64,000 nt of DNA from Candidatus Iainarchaeum sp. GTDB taxonomy: Archaea; Iainarchaeota; Iainarchaeia; Iainarchaeales; JACQJH01. Position 1 is the stretch's first letter; the number at the start of each line of letters is the position of its first letter. Position numbers and translations under genes: made by a program. The notes under the pieces were generated by a model. The model was not told where the DNA came from. It saw nothing but the letters and a program-made list of their open reading frames with translations, and ran no database searches. This document shows, piece by piece, positions 27,517 through 36,253 of the stretch. The stretch lies in contig JACQJH010000002.1 of assembly GCA_016205145.1 (NCBI GenBank), positions 489,696 through 553,695 on the forward strand, in the 5' to 3' direction.

Positions 27517-28919
27517 AAGAGCTTTGTCTGCTTTCCGGTTTCTTCTTCCGGCGCAGCCTGTTTTTCTTCCGCTTTTTCTGCCGGCTCGGGCACTTGCGTT
27601 TTTTGCAGGAATTTTCCGTCTACTCCCGCAAGGGCAGTCCTTTTTTCCAATAAGGATTTTGCCCTGATTTCCTGCGCCTGCTCCAGAATTGTTTTCACTT
27701 TTTTTGTTTCCGGTTTCGTTTCAAGCATGAAAGCGATTTCGTTTTCGTCCAGGTCGAAAGCCGCGGCGAGCCTTGGCGCAAACTCCTTGTTTTCGAACAG
27801 CATTTTGATGAAGGCGAGGTCGTGCACCATCACTTCTTTCGACGACGAATGCATTTTGCCGCCGATTTTTTTGCACATTCCCGCCTTGAGGGCCTTTTCA
27901 GCGCGGCCCGAGGAAAGCGTTCTCAGCAGCCTTGGGAACTGGTATTTTGCCCAGCCATGGTAGTCGTTGCTCCGCGAAAGCGCAACCCCCGCAGTGGAAA
28001 GGTCGGCGGCGTATTTCATCAGCACGTAATTCTGGCGCCGGAAAATCCTGCCGTTGAAAATGCTTGCCTTCGACAGGCAGTCGAAGCCCGCGGCCAGGTC
28101 TTCCTGCTTGGTGAACTCAACGGGAATGTTTTCCTCGACCCATCTTTCAAGCAGGTCCTGCGGAACCTCGCTTTCAAAGCGCGCACTCTGGCACTCGGCA
28201 AAGGTTTTCGCGCGGAAAATGCGCTGGAGAACGCTGAAAATGTTGTCCTGCCTGTTCCTTGAACCGAGGCCTTTCACGCTTTCCATTGAAACCCCGTCTG
28301 CGAGTGCCTGCAAATCAAGCAGTGCCGAGCGCAAATCACCGGCAGAGTTCTTTGCAAGCTCTTTCAGGGCTTCGTGGTCGAATGGAATGCTTTCCTTTTC
28401 GCAGATCTCGCCAAGGCGCTTTGCAATTGAAAGGTAATTTATTTTCTTGAACTGCACCAACTCCGCGGCCTGGCGCACAGGCCCGAGCTTCTGGTTCTCG
28501 TAAATGTCGTTTGCCGTGAGAATGACCGGGTTCTGCGATTCGCGGATGATTGAAAGGATCGCCCCAGCGCCGCCCCTGTCAACTGATTGCAGGCCGTCGA
28601 TTTCATCCAGCAGCACAAGCCGTTTCTGCCCTGAAAGGCTTGAGCCCTGCGAAGCCGCGCCTGCAAGCTTTTCGATTACGTCCTTCGAGCGCAGGTCGCT
28701 TGCATTCATTTCAAAGACCGACCAGCCGGAAAGTTTCGCGGTCAGCAGTGCAAGGCACGTTTTTCCCGTTCCGGTTGAGCCATACAAAAGCAGTGCCTTG
28801 CCTTTTTTGCCCGCATTCCAGTCGTCAGCCCATCTTCGCACGAATGAAACGGCTTCGGTGTTGCCCACGAATTCCGGAAAGGTTTGCGGTAAAAATTTGT
28901 CTGTGAAAAGCTCAGACAT
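27513..28919 (-). CDS. rfcL: replication factor C large subunit
   Basis: AAA+ clamp-loader motifs (LLYGSTGTGKT, DEID, sensor regions) and a charged C-terminal tail with a PCNA-binding-like end (...QTKLF). The start is set at MSELFTDKF. Confidence 0.8.
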   Translation of the reverse strand: MSELFTDKFLPQTFPEFVGNTEAVSFVRRWADDWNAGKKGKALLLYGSTGTGKTCLALLTAKLSGWSVFEMNASDLRSKDVIEKLAGAASQGSSLSGQKRLVLLDEIDGLQSVDRGGAGAILSIIRESQNPVILTANDIYENQKLGPVRQAAELVQFKKINYLSIAKRLGEICEKESIPFDHEALKELAKNSAGDLRSALLDLQALADGVSMESVKGLGSRNRQDNIFSVLQRIFRAKTFAECQSARFESEVPQDLLERWVEENIPVEFTKQEDLAAGFDCLSKASIFNGRIFRRQNYVLMKYAADLSTAGVALSRSNDYHGWAKYQFPRLLRTLSSGRAEKALKAGMCKKIGGKMHSSSKEVMVHDLAFIKMLFENKEFAPRLAAAFDLDENEIAFMLETKPETKKVKTILEQAQEIRAKSLLEKRTALAGVDGKFLQKTQVPEPAEKAEEKQAAPEEETGKQTKLF

Positions 28920-28980
28920 GAAACAATCTTGCCGGCAAAAGGGTATTATTTGTTTTGCAGGCAAAAATTGTGCGATTTGC

Positions 28981-30171
28981 ATGCTGTCAGGCATTGTCGG
29001 AAAACCGAATTCGGGCAAGAGCACTTTTTTCTGCGCTGCAACAATGGTTGACGCGGAAATCGGCAACAGGCCGTTCGTAACGATAAAGCCGAACCACGGC
29101 GTCGGCTACGTCGTTTCGGAAAATCCCGGAGTCGAAAGCCACAAGGTTCCGCAGCCCGTGAATTACAAATTCGAAAACGGCAAAAGTTATATTCCCGTGA
29201 AACTGCTTGACGTTGCCGGCCTTGTCGAAGGCGCCTGGCAGGGAAAAGGATTGGGCAACCAGTTCCTCAACGACCTGATACAGGCGGATGCCCTCATCCA
29301 CGTCCTTGACGCCTCCGGCTCCACCGACGCGGAAGGCAATGCAGTCGGCGCGGGAAACCACGATCCCGCGAAAGACGTGCTGTTCCTTGAGCGCGAAATG
29401 GATTACTGGATCAAAAGCATCCTGACGAAAAACTGGCAGAAGATTTCCAAGCAGGCGACCGTCACGAAAAAGGCCGCGGAAATCCTCGCATTGCAGCTCA
29501 CGGGTTTGGGCATAACCGAGGATGACATAAAAGAGGTGCTGAAAAAGGAAAATTTTTCCGCAGTGCCGGATGAATGGAACGAGGATGAAATTCTTCGGTT
29601 CAGTTCGAAGATTCGCGAAAAAAGCAAGCCCATGCTTATAGCCGCGAACAAGATGGATTTGCCGGCCGCGCGCGAAAACCTTGACAGGCTCAGGCACGAT
29701 TTTCCCGGCAAAATTTTCGTGGAATGCTGTGCCGAAGCCGAGCTTGCACTGCGGAAGGCGGACAGGGCCGGCGTGATAAAATATCTGCCGGGCGCAAAAG
29801 GCTTTGAAGTGCTCAAGGACCTGCCCGAAAAGCAGGTGAAGGCGCTTGACTTCATCAAGGCGGCTGTTCTCGAAAAGTTCGGTTCGACCGGCGTGCAGGA
29901 CTGCCTGAACAAAGCGGTTTTCGAACTGCTGGACCTGATAGCAGTATATCCCGTGCAGGACCAGAACAAATGGGTTTCAGGCAAGGGAAATTGCCTGCCG
30001 GACGCGTACCTTCTGAAGCGCGGCTCGAAGCCGAAAGACCTTGCGATAAAGATTCACACCGATTTCGGGCCGAAGTACATCGGCGCAATCGACTGCAAAA
30101 CGGGATTGAAGCTGGGAGAGGACGCGGAACTGAAGCACAACGACGTCGTCAAGATACTGCTCAAGAACTAA
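28981..30171 (+). CDS. Obg-like ATPase / YchF-family GTP-binding protein with C-terminal TGS domain
   Basis: Starts MLSGIVGKPNSGKSTFF (G1), G3 motif DVAGLVEGAWQGKGLGNQFL, and a C-terminal TGS-like domain. Divergent from rfcL. Confidence 0.75.
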   Translation: MLSGIVGKPNSGKSTFFCAATMVDAEIGNRPFVTIKPNHGVGYVVSENPGVESHKVPQPVNYKFENGKSYIPVKLLDVAGLVEGAWQGKGLGNQFLNDLIQADALIHVLDASGSTDAEGNAVGAGNHDPAKDVLFLEREMDYWIKSILTKNWQKISKQATVTKKAAEILALQLTGLGITEDDIKEVLKKENFSAVPDEWNEDEILRFSSKIREKSKPMLIAANKMDLPAARENLDRLRHDFPGKIFVECCAEAELALRKADRAGVIKYLPGAKGFEVLKDLPEKQVKALDFIKAAVLEKFGSTGVQDCLNKAVFELLDLIAVYPVQDQNKWVSGKGNCLPDAYLLKRGSKPKDLAIKIHTDFGPKYIGAIDCKTGLKLGEDAELKHNDVVKILLKN

Positions 30172-30277
30172 ACAGGAAAAAAAAGAACTAAAAAAAAGCA
30201 AAAAAAAACAGGAAAAGAAAAAAAAAGAAAATAAGAAAGAAACCGGGAAAGAAAAAACCCGGCAAATGAAAATCTAT
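30172..30277 (-). terminator. oligo-T (A-rich on + strand) tract downstream of the H1-like/coiled-coil gene
   Basis: About 100 bp that is more than 75% A on the + strand, so the minus-strand transcript is poly-U-rich, which is the archaeal intrinsic termination signal. It contains the CCGGG(n10)CCCGG mini-hairpin. Confidence 0.4.
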
Positions 30278-31969
30278 TCACTGGTTTTCTTTCTTGAACT
30301 TCTGCGCCTTTATTTCAGATTCGATCATTTCCGGCGTCACTGTCTGGTGGGCCAGAAGCTTGTTGCGCACGAACTCGTATGCCTTTACCGTGTCTTCCAG
30401 GTCAAGCTTGCGCTTGAAGCCGAGGCGCGCGATTTCCCTGAAGTACAGGTCGACAATGTCGTGCGCCACTTCGTCAACGCTTTTCTTTGCGATTGTCACT
30501 GTTTCCGGCTGCACTACAACCTTGGAGTCAATGACTTCCTTCAATTGCTGCTTGACTATGTCGAGCTCGTCGAAAATCCTTTTTTCGGTGAGCTTTGCCC
30601 TGTCATCATCCGATTGTGACAGGAACCTGTCCTCGAACTCGAGCATTTTGCGCCTGAGGTCGTCAACCTGCCTTGGCGAAGAATAGTCAGCCGGCAGAGC
30701 CGAAACCTTTTCTTCAAGGTCCGAGACTTTCAGCCTGATTTCCTTGACGCTTTCCGCTGAACCTGCTGTTGCAGAGGCTTCGCCGAGCTCGCTTTTCAGC
30801 CGGTCAAGCTTTTCGAAAATCCTCGCTTCGATGCCGTCGACCCTCTCATTGCTTGGCAGGCCAGCAACCTTTTCTTCAAGGCCGGAAACCCTTGCCTTCA
30901 GGTCGTTGACAGTGTCGTGCAAAGCTATTTCCTTGCTTGTCGGCGGAGCCGGCAATGGAATCGCTTCCGCAACTGCTTCCGGCTTTTTAGGCTCGGTTAT
31001 TTCGGTTTCGTTAACGGATGGCTTCGCTTCAGCCAGCACGGCAGGCCTTGCTTCGGCAACAACCGCAGGGGTTGGCCTGGCTTTTTCTTCAACCGGCGCT
31101 TCAAGCCTGTCGAGCCTGCTTTCGATTTTGCCGATCCTTATGCCGTGCACTTCCAGAGCAGAGGAAAAGTCGACAAACTTGCCCCGGATCAAAGTCTTTA
31201 TTTCCTCGACCGTGCCCTTCGTTTCCTCAGGCGGCCTTGAAACAAGCGCCTTGATTTCTGTCAGGCTCCTGGTGTTGGCTTCGACTACTCTTTCAACCTC
31301 GCCGAACTTGTCGGAGAAGCCTTTCAAATTATTTTTTGTCTGTGTTTCAAGCTTGTTGAGCGTGGTGGAAACCTTTGAAACCTTCAAAATTTCCTTTTTC
31401 AGCTTTTTCAGGGAACCGGCCTGCCTTTTTTCGCGCTTCAATGCAGCCTTCTTGTTGGCGTCAATCGTTTTTTTGACTGAGCCGACCCTTACAGCGAAAA
31501 TCTTCGAGCTGACCGGAAGCGGCTTCCTTCTCTTCACCGGCTTTTTCTGCGCGGGCCTTTTTGCAACCGCCGGCTTTACGACAGCAGGCTTTATTGCCCT
31601 TGCTTTCGCCGGCCTTGCAATCTTTCCTGCAGCCCTGGCGGGCCTTGGTTTTGCAGCAGCCCTTTTAACAGCCCTTTTAACAGAAGCTTTCACGGGCCTT
31701 GCAGTTCTTATGGCGGGTTTTTTCGCGGCCTTTCGCCTTGAAGCTCTTTTCGGCACGGCCTTTGCGACAGGCTGCCTTGCAACACCCTTTGTCTGCTCAA
31801 GCTGTTTCAGCGCCTTTTCCGCCGCCTTCCCGGCTTCAACGGCTTCCTTCACAACCGGCTTGATGTTTTCAATAGCTACCTTTTTTCGGATAAGAGCTCT
31901 CTTCGCCAAAACACCACCCCAACAAAAATTATAACATGAAGTATAGCGCATGTTTATGTTTAAAAACAT
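30278..31969 (-). CDS. histone H1-like basic (Ala/Lys/Pro/Arg-rich) N-terminal region fused to a long coiled-coil; hypothetical chromatin or structural protein
   Basis: 563-aa ORF. Residues about 60-150 are KAVPKRASRRKAAKKPAIRTARPVKASVKRAVKRAAAKPRPARAAGKIARPAKARAIKPAVVKPAVAKRPAQKKPVKRRKP. The rest is coiled-coil with an internal repeat of about 50 aa (RVSGLEEKVAGLP... / KVSDLEEKVSALP...). The true start may be a TTG about 75 nt inside, downstream of a TATA-like box at about 31925. Confidence 0.7.
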   Translation of the reverse strand: MFLNINMRYTSCYNFCWGGVLAKRALIRKKVAIENIKPVVKEAVEAGKAAEKALKQLEQTKGVARQPVAKAVPKRASRRKAAKKPAIRTARPVKASVKRAVKRAAAKPRPARAAGKIARPAKARAIKPAVVKPAVAKRPAQKKPVKRRKPLPVSSKIFAVRVGSVKKTIDANKKAALKREKRQAGSLKKLKKEILKVSKVSTTLNKLETQTKNNLKGFSDKFGEVERVVEANTRSLTEIKALVSRPPEETKGTVEEIKTLIRGKFVDFSSALEVHGIRIGKIESRLDRLEAPVEEKARPTPAVVAEARPAVLAEAKPSVNETEITEPKKPEAVAEAIPLPAPPTSKEIALHDTVNDLKARVSGLEEKVAGLPSNERVDGIEARIFEKLDRLKSELGEASATAGSAESVKEIRLKVSDLEEKVSALPADYSSPRQVDDLRRKMLEFEDRFLSQSDDDRAKLTEKRIFDELDIVKQQLKEVIDSKVVVQPETVTIAKKSVDEVAHDIVDLYFREIARLGFKRKLDLEDTVKAYEFVRNKLLAHQTVTPEMIESEIKAQKFKKENQ

Positions 31970-32005
31970 TTCACCGCGCAGAGTTAATCTGGGGGAGGCG
32001 TTTTT

Positions 32006-32386
32006 ATGGTTTTGGACAAGCAGGAACTCGCTTTGGAGATAACAAAAATCTACTATTACAATCTCGCATCAAAGGGCGCCAAGGAAAGCATCAACGCCGA
32101 AAACATCCTTGACACTTACAATTACGCATTGCTTTTGCTCAACGAAAAGTTGCAGGAAAGAAAGGAAACTGCAAAAGCCGCAACGGAATTGAAACTGCCG
32201 GCGGCGCCGCAGGTTTCCGAAAGCGGTTTTTCGTACACAAACCAGAAGGGCATAACATATTATCTGCACCAGAAGGGCAGGCTGTTTTACTTCTCAAAGG
32301 ACAGCAGAAGCTCAATCGTTGTCCCGCAGGGCTACCGCATAAAGGAAAACCCGCGCACCGGCCTGCCGTTCATAACGAAAAAGTGA
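32006..32386 (+). CDS. hypothetical protein
   Basis: 126-aa ORF divergent from the H1-like gene, with no recognisable motifs. Confidence 0.45.
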   Translation: MVLDKQELALEITKIYYYNLASKGAKESINAENILDTYNYALLLLNEKLQERKETAKAATELKLPAAPQVSESGFSYTNQKGITYYLHQKGRLFYFSKDSRSSIVVPQGYRIKENPRTGLPFITKK

Positions 32387-32389
32387 GGG

Positions 32390-33244
32390 CTATTCGCCAA
32401 TTGACTTTGTCAGGTCGGGCCTCACAAGCCTTCCGAGCACGTTCAGGCGCCTGAGGCTTTCAAGCAGCTGTTCCCGTGAAATGCCCAGGCGCATGACATG
32501 CGGCTCGGAAAACAGGCCGTCAAGTGTTTCAATGCCTTCCGTGCGGCACGCGCGCAAAACTTTCAAATCCTGCATTGCCTTATGCCGCGCCGGGTCGTTT
32601 GTTTCAAGCGAAAACACTGCATGGCTTTTCGGCTCCGGCCGACCGGAAGCAAACGGGCCTTCCCTGACAAGCAAATCGAATTCCCTTTTGTTCCAGGACG
32701 CGCCATAAGCGCGCGCAATCACAGCCAGTACATTCCGTTCAAATCCAACATTATCCGGATTGGAAATAACTATTTTTGCCCCTTTGCGGTTCAGAAGGCT
32801 GCGCAACAACGACAATGGCAGGCCACCGCCCCAATACAGCGGAAAAGGCTCGAATGAAACGCTCCAGTCAAACCTGTTTTTGGAAAGTGGAATCCTTGAC
32901 GCTTCACGCGTCCTGAACGAACGGATGCGCGTGCCCTCAGGATTCTGCTCCTGCAAAAGCCTTGCACGCCGCACCATGCCGGCGGAAGCGTCCGTGAAAT
33001 GGACTTCCGCCTGTTCCGCCAAAGCCTTTGCCCAATTGCCGGTGTAGCCGGCGAAAAAAAGAATTTTGCTGCCAGGCTCAATGCCGAGATGATGTAAAAG
33101 GCGCGGATCCGCAGGCACTGTTGCCTGGGCCGCTCTCACGCTCGGCACAGACCAAGGATCCGCATCAGCAAAGATTTTCACCTCGTGCGGAACAAGAAAA
33201 CGCCGTCGCCTTGCACGCGGTGGTTCCGAAGCCAAACCAATCAC
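32390..33244 (-). CDS. hypothetical protein, possible Rossmann-fold SAM-dependent methyltransferase-like
   Basis: 284 aa, Arg-rich and relatively GC-rich. Weak motif-I-like segment GSKILFFAGYTGNWAKALAEQAEVHFTDAS; immediately downstream of orc1/cdc6. Confidence 0.4.
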   Translation of the reverse strand: MIGLASEPPRARRRRFLVPHEVKIFADADPWSVPSVRAAQATVPADPRLLHHLGIEPGSKILFFAGYTGNWAKALAEQAEVHFTDASAGMVRRARLLQEQNPEGTRIRSFRTREASRIPLSKNRFDWSVSFEPFPLYWGGGLPLSLLRSLLNRKGAKIVISNPDNVGFERNVLAVIARAYGASWNKREFDLLVREGPFASGRPEPKSHAVFSLETNDPARHKAMQDLKVLRACRTEGIETLDGLFSEPHVMRLGISREQLLESLRRLNVLGRLVRPDLTKSIGE

Positions 33245-34416
33245 GCCTTTTTCTGCGCGCCGGCAACATTCGGGGAATTTCCTGCCGCGTGCAGCTTTTT
33301 CATTTCCTCTGAAAGCAATGCTGAAGAAACCGCGAGTGAAATCTTGCGGGACTTGCCATGCATTCCGCTTTCAACGAGCGGCGCGCTGACAAGGTTCAAA
33401 TGCTCAAGCTTTGAAACAATGTCGCGAAATCTCCTCAATGAAAGCTTTTGCCCGGACTTCTCCGAAAACGCCTTGAAAAGCTCGCCTGACAGCGCATCGT
33501 CATGCGAACAAAGCAATTGCAAAACCAGGAGTTCGGAATCATTCAGCGAGGGAAGGACTTTTTTGAACGGGTGCTCGTCGACAAGCGCGAACGCCTTTTT
33601 CAGGTGCAGAATGGAAACCTTCTGCGAATTCTCCTTTTCAGCTTCCTTGCCCGCGCGCCACAAACATTCAATCGCAATCCTCGCGTCCCCGCCAAGGCGC
33701 GAGGCATGGCCGGCCGCGACGTTTATGACTTCATCGTCAAGGCTTCCCGGCAGGAACGCATACTTGCACCTTTCCGCAAGTATGTCCTTCAGCTGCTTCG
33801 GTGAATAGGGGTTGAAGGCAATGTCCTGCACGTGCAATGAACTTCTCACGCGCTCGTCAAGCCTTGAAACCAGTGCGGGGTCGTTTGAAATCAGTATGAG
33901 GCCGAAGCGCTTGTCGCAAAACTCTATGACGCGCAGGAGGTCATAGAAAACCTTGGCCTCTTCCGGCTCGGCAAGCAGCTGTTCCGCCTCATCCAGCACA
34001 ACTATCGGAGCAAAATCCGCTTTTTTGAGCATTTCAAGGATTTTCGAATACACCTCGTCGGTTGCGATCCCGCGCCTCGGCACAGCCGCCTTCAAAAAGT
34101 TTGCGATTGCCGACAGGATCGAGTGGCGGGAATTGTACTCAAAGCAGTTCAGGTAAAGGCCTTTCGCCCTGTCCGAAAATTCCTCAAGCTCGTTCAAAAC
34201 GAATTTGACGCTCGCGGTCTTTCCCGTTCCGGTTTTCCCGAAAACAAAAACGTGCTGCGGCTTCTTGCCCTCTGAAACCGGTTTCAATGCAAAGACAAGC
34301 GCGTCGATTTCCGCATCCCTGTGCGGCAGGACAGCCGGCACATGCTCAGGGTACAGCACTGCCTCGCTGCGGAAAACCTGAGCTTCCCTGCCCTTTCTCT
34401 CGAAAACATTCGGCAT
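33241..34416 (-). CDS. cdc6: Orc1/Cdc6 replication initiator
   Basis: 391 aa. AAA+ Walker A VFVFGKTGTGKT, Walker B VVLDEAE, and a C-terminal winged-helix domain. Confidence 0.85.
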   Translation of the reverse strand: MPNVFERKGREAQVFRSEAVLYPEHVPAVLPHRDAEIDALVFALKPVSEGKKPQHVFVFGKTGTGKTASVKFVLNELEEFSDRAKGLYLNCFEYNSRHSILSAIANFLKAAVPRRGIATDEVYSKILEMLKKADFAPIVVLDEAEQLLAEPEEAKVFYDLLRVIEFCDKRFGLILISNDPALVSRLDERVRSSLHVQDIAFNPYSPKQLKDILAERCKYAFLPGSLDDEVINVAAGHASRLGGDARIAIECLWRAGKEAEKENSQKVSILHLKKAFALVDEHPFKKVLPSLNDSELLVLQLLCSHDDALSGELFKAFSEKSGQKLSLRRFRDIVSKLEHLNLVSAPLVESGMHGKSRKISLAVSSALLSEEMKKLHAAGNSPNVAGAQKKA

Positions 34417-34449
34417 GCAGAAAAGATATTGCTTAAAACGGATAAAAAT

Positions 34450-34630
34450 GCATCGGGCGGCGGTTTCGTCCGCAGCCGGTTCCGTCCGGCTGGTTCGGAA
34501 CCAAGGCGTATCACTGTTGTGATACGCCGAGTAAGTAACATTAAAGTTTTCGGGGGCGTGCGAGACGCGGAGCTCCCTGGTCGGGATTAAGGCTTATTGC
34601 TGCTACAATAAGCCGGGTAAGCGACAGTAA
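34450..34630 (-). repeat. interspersed structured repeat family, copy or copies (inverted orientation) upstream of orc1/cdc6
   Basis: CAGCCGGTTCCGTCCGGCTGG, GGCGTATCACTGTTGTGATACGCCGAGTAAG, GGGGCGTGCGAGACGCGG, GGCTTATTGCTGCTACAATAAGCCGGGTAAGC. Confidence 0.55.
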
Positions 34631-34730
34631 AAAAAATTTGGAGCTGCAGTAAAAGTACCCGCTGCGCGAGAGCCCGTCTGCCCGCAAAAAAAAAACAAGC
34701 TTTTAATACAACCTGAAACAAGATTATTGG

Positions 34731-34900
34731 CATGAGGTTCGGCGAAGGCATTTTTGACAGGGTTTCGGCTGAAAAAATCATGCTCGGCATCGTTCTGCTT
34801 ATTGCAATAATCGCCTTGCTCGCAATAATCGCGAATTCCGCGAACACCACGGTTTCAAGCGCCTCGCATTCGGTTTCCGCGATTTCCGGCGGCCTCAACA
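34731..34900 (+). CDS. small hydrophobic peptide (56 aa), hypothetical
   Basis: ATG at about 34731; product MRFGEGIFDRVSAEKIMLGIVLLIAIIALLAIIANSANTTVSSASHSVSAISGGLNKLA. It sits between orc1 and nfo, below the ORF-track length cutoff. Confidence 0.25.
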
Positions 34901-34915
34901 AGCTTGCGTGATTGC

Positions 34916-35743
34916 ATGGCAAAACAGGGACTTTTGTTTGGCACGGCGGGAATGCCCCTCTCCTACAAAGGCAGGAGCGAGGGCGCAATGCCTTTCATCA
35001 AAAGCCTCGGCCTGGATGCAATGGAAATAGAGTTCGTGCGCGGCGTTTACATGAAAGAGGCGCAGGCGGAGGCATTGGGAAAGGCGGCGGAGGAAAACGG
35101 CATCACTTTGACGGTGCACGCGCCATATTACATCAACCTGAATTCGGAAAAAAAGCAGACTGTCGGCATGAGCAAAAGCTTCGTCTTTGAAAGCGCGCGC
35201 ATCGGCGCGATAGCCGGCGCAAAATCCATCTGCTTCCACGCAGGCTATTACGTCAAGGCGACGCCGGAGGAAACGTACGCGAACATAAAAAAGGCGGTCT
35301 CGGAAATACTTGACAAAATGAAATCGGAGGGCGTGAAAACCGTTCTCGCGCCGGAAGTCAGCGGAAAGAAAAGCCAGTTCGGGTCGCTCGAAGAAGTCAT
35401 TGCTTTGGGAAAGGAACTGGATGGCGTGCAGCCTTGCATCGATTTCGCGCACCTGCACGCGCGGACCGGCGGCAAAATGACTTCGCTGCAGGAATTCGAA
35501 GCAGTGCTCAGGCAGTTGCCCAAAAAATGGCTCGATTTCCTGCACGTCCACATGTCAGGCATGAATTTCGGCGAAAAAGGCGAAAAAAACCACCTCGTTT
35601 TCGGCGACCCCGGCAACAGGTTCCACTTCGAGCCGGCAATCCAGGCATTCAAAAAGCTCGGAGTGAAAGGCGTTGTGGTCTGCGAATCGCCGAACGTCGA
35701 GGAAGACGCATTGAAAATGAAAAACTGTTATTTACAGAAATAA
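34916..35743 (+). CDS. nfo: apurinic/apyrimidinic endonuclease, endonuclease IV family (xylose-isomerase-like TIM barrel)
   Basis: Begins LLFGTAGMP...; metal-binding motifs HAPYYINLNS and SICFHAGYY; about 275 aa. Confidence 0.65.
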   Translation: MAKQGLLFGTAGMPLSYKGRSEGAMPFIKSLGLDAMEIEFVRGVYMKEAQAEALGKAAEENGITLTVHAPYYINLNSEKKQTVGMSKSFVFESARIGAIAGAKSICFHAGYYVKATPEETYANIKKAVSEILDKMKSEGVKTVLAPEVSGKKSQFGSLEEVIALGKELDGVQPCIDFAHLHARTGGKMTSLQEFEAVLRQLPKKWLDFLHVHMSGMNFGEKGEKNHLVFGDPGNRFHFEPAIQAFKKLGVKGVVVCESPNVEEDALKMKNCYLQK

Positions 35744-35744
35744 T

Positions 35745-35920
35745 CCAGCCAAGCCGGATTTCGCCACCAGTCCGGCCTATGCGAGCAGGGCAGTGCCTTG
35801 CAAACCCCTTGCGTGGTATTGCTTGCGCAATACCACTTATGCACAAACAGCATACTCGGCGTATTGCAACAGCAATACGCCTTAGTTCGTACCAGCCGGA
35901 CGAGACGGCTGCGGGCGAAA
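35745..35920 (+). repeat. interspersed structured repeat family, copy
   Basis: Hairpins GTGGTATTGCTTGCGCAATACCAC and GGCGTATTGCAACAGCAATACGCC flank CATACTCGG, then TTAGTTCGTACCAGCCGGACGAGACGGCTGCGGGCG. Confidence 0.6.
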
Positions 35921-35964
35921 CCGCCGGGAAATATATATAAACATGGCCGCGAAATAATTATTCT

Positions 35965-36243
35965 ATGCACTATTCGCCAGGCAGCCCGGCTGACCGGTGG
36001 TATAACCGGCTTGGGGCATGGATAACGAGGAGCATCCAGCGCTTTGTCGGGTTCCTGTTCCTGCTGCTTGCAGCCGGCATAATCATCGGCGTCTTTGTCG
36101 CGACAAACAGGCCCCAGTACATAATCCCTGTTGTTCTCGCGCCAATCCTTATCGCATTGCTGTCCTATTATAGCAGGGGCATCGCAATCCTGATTTTTAT
36201 ACTGTTCATTCTGGGCTTTTTCGGTTTCTTTGCAGTACTGTGA
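35965..36243 (+). CDS. small hypothetical membrane protein
   Basis: 92 aa with two hydrophobic helices, immediately upstream of the ArsR-like regulator. Confidence 0.4.
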   Translation: MHYSPGSPADRWYNRLGAWITRSIQRFVGFLFLLLAAGIIIGVFVATNRPQYIIPVVLAPILIALLSYYSRGIAILIFILFILGFFGFFAVL

Positions 36244-36253
36244 GCGGAGCAAA

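Noticed and set aside
30744-31934. 396-aa Ala/Ser/Thr/Leu-rich + strand ORF
   Set aside because: It is the antisense frame of the repetitive H1-like/coiled-coil gene. Antisense frames of repetitive GC-rich sequence commonly stay open.
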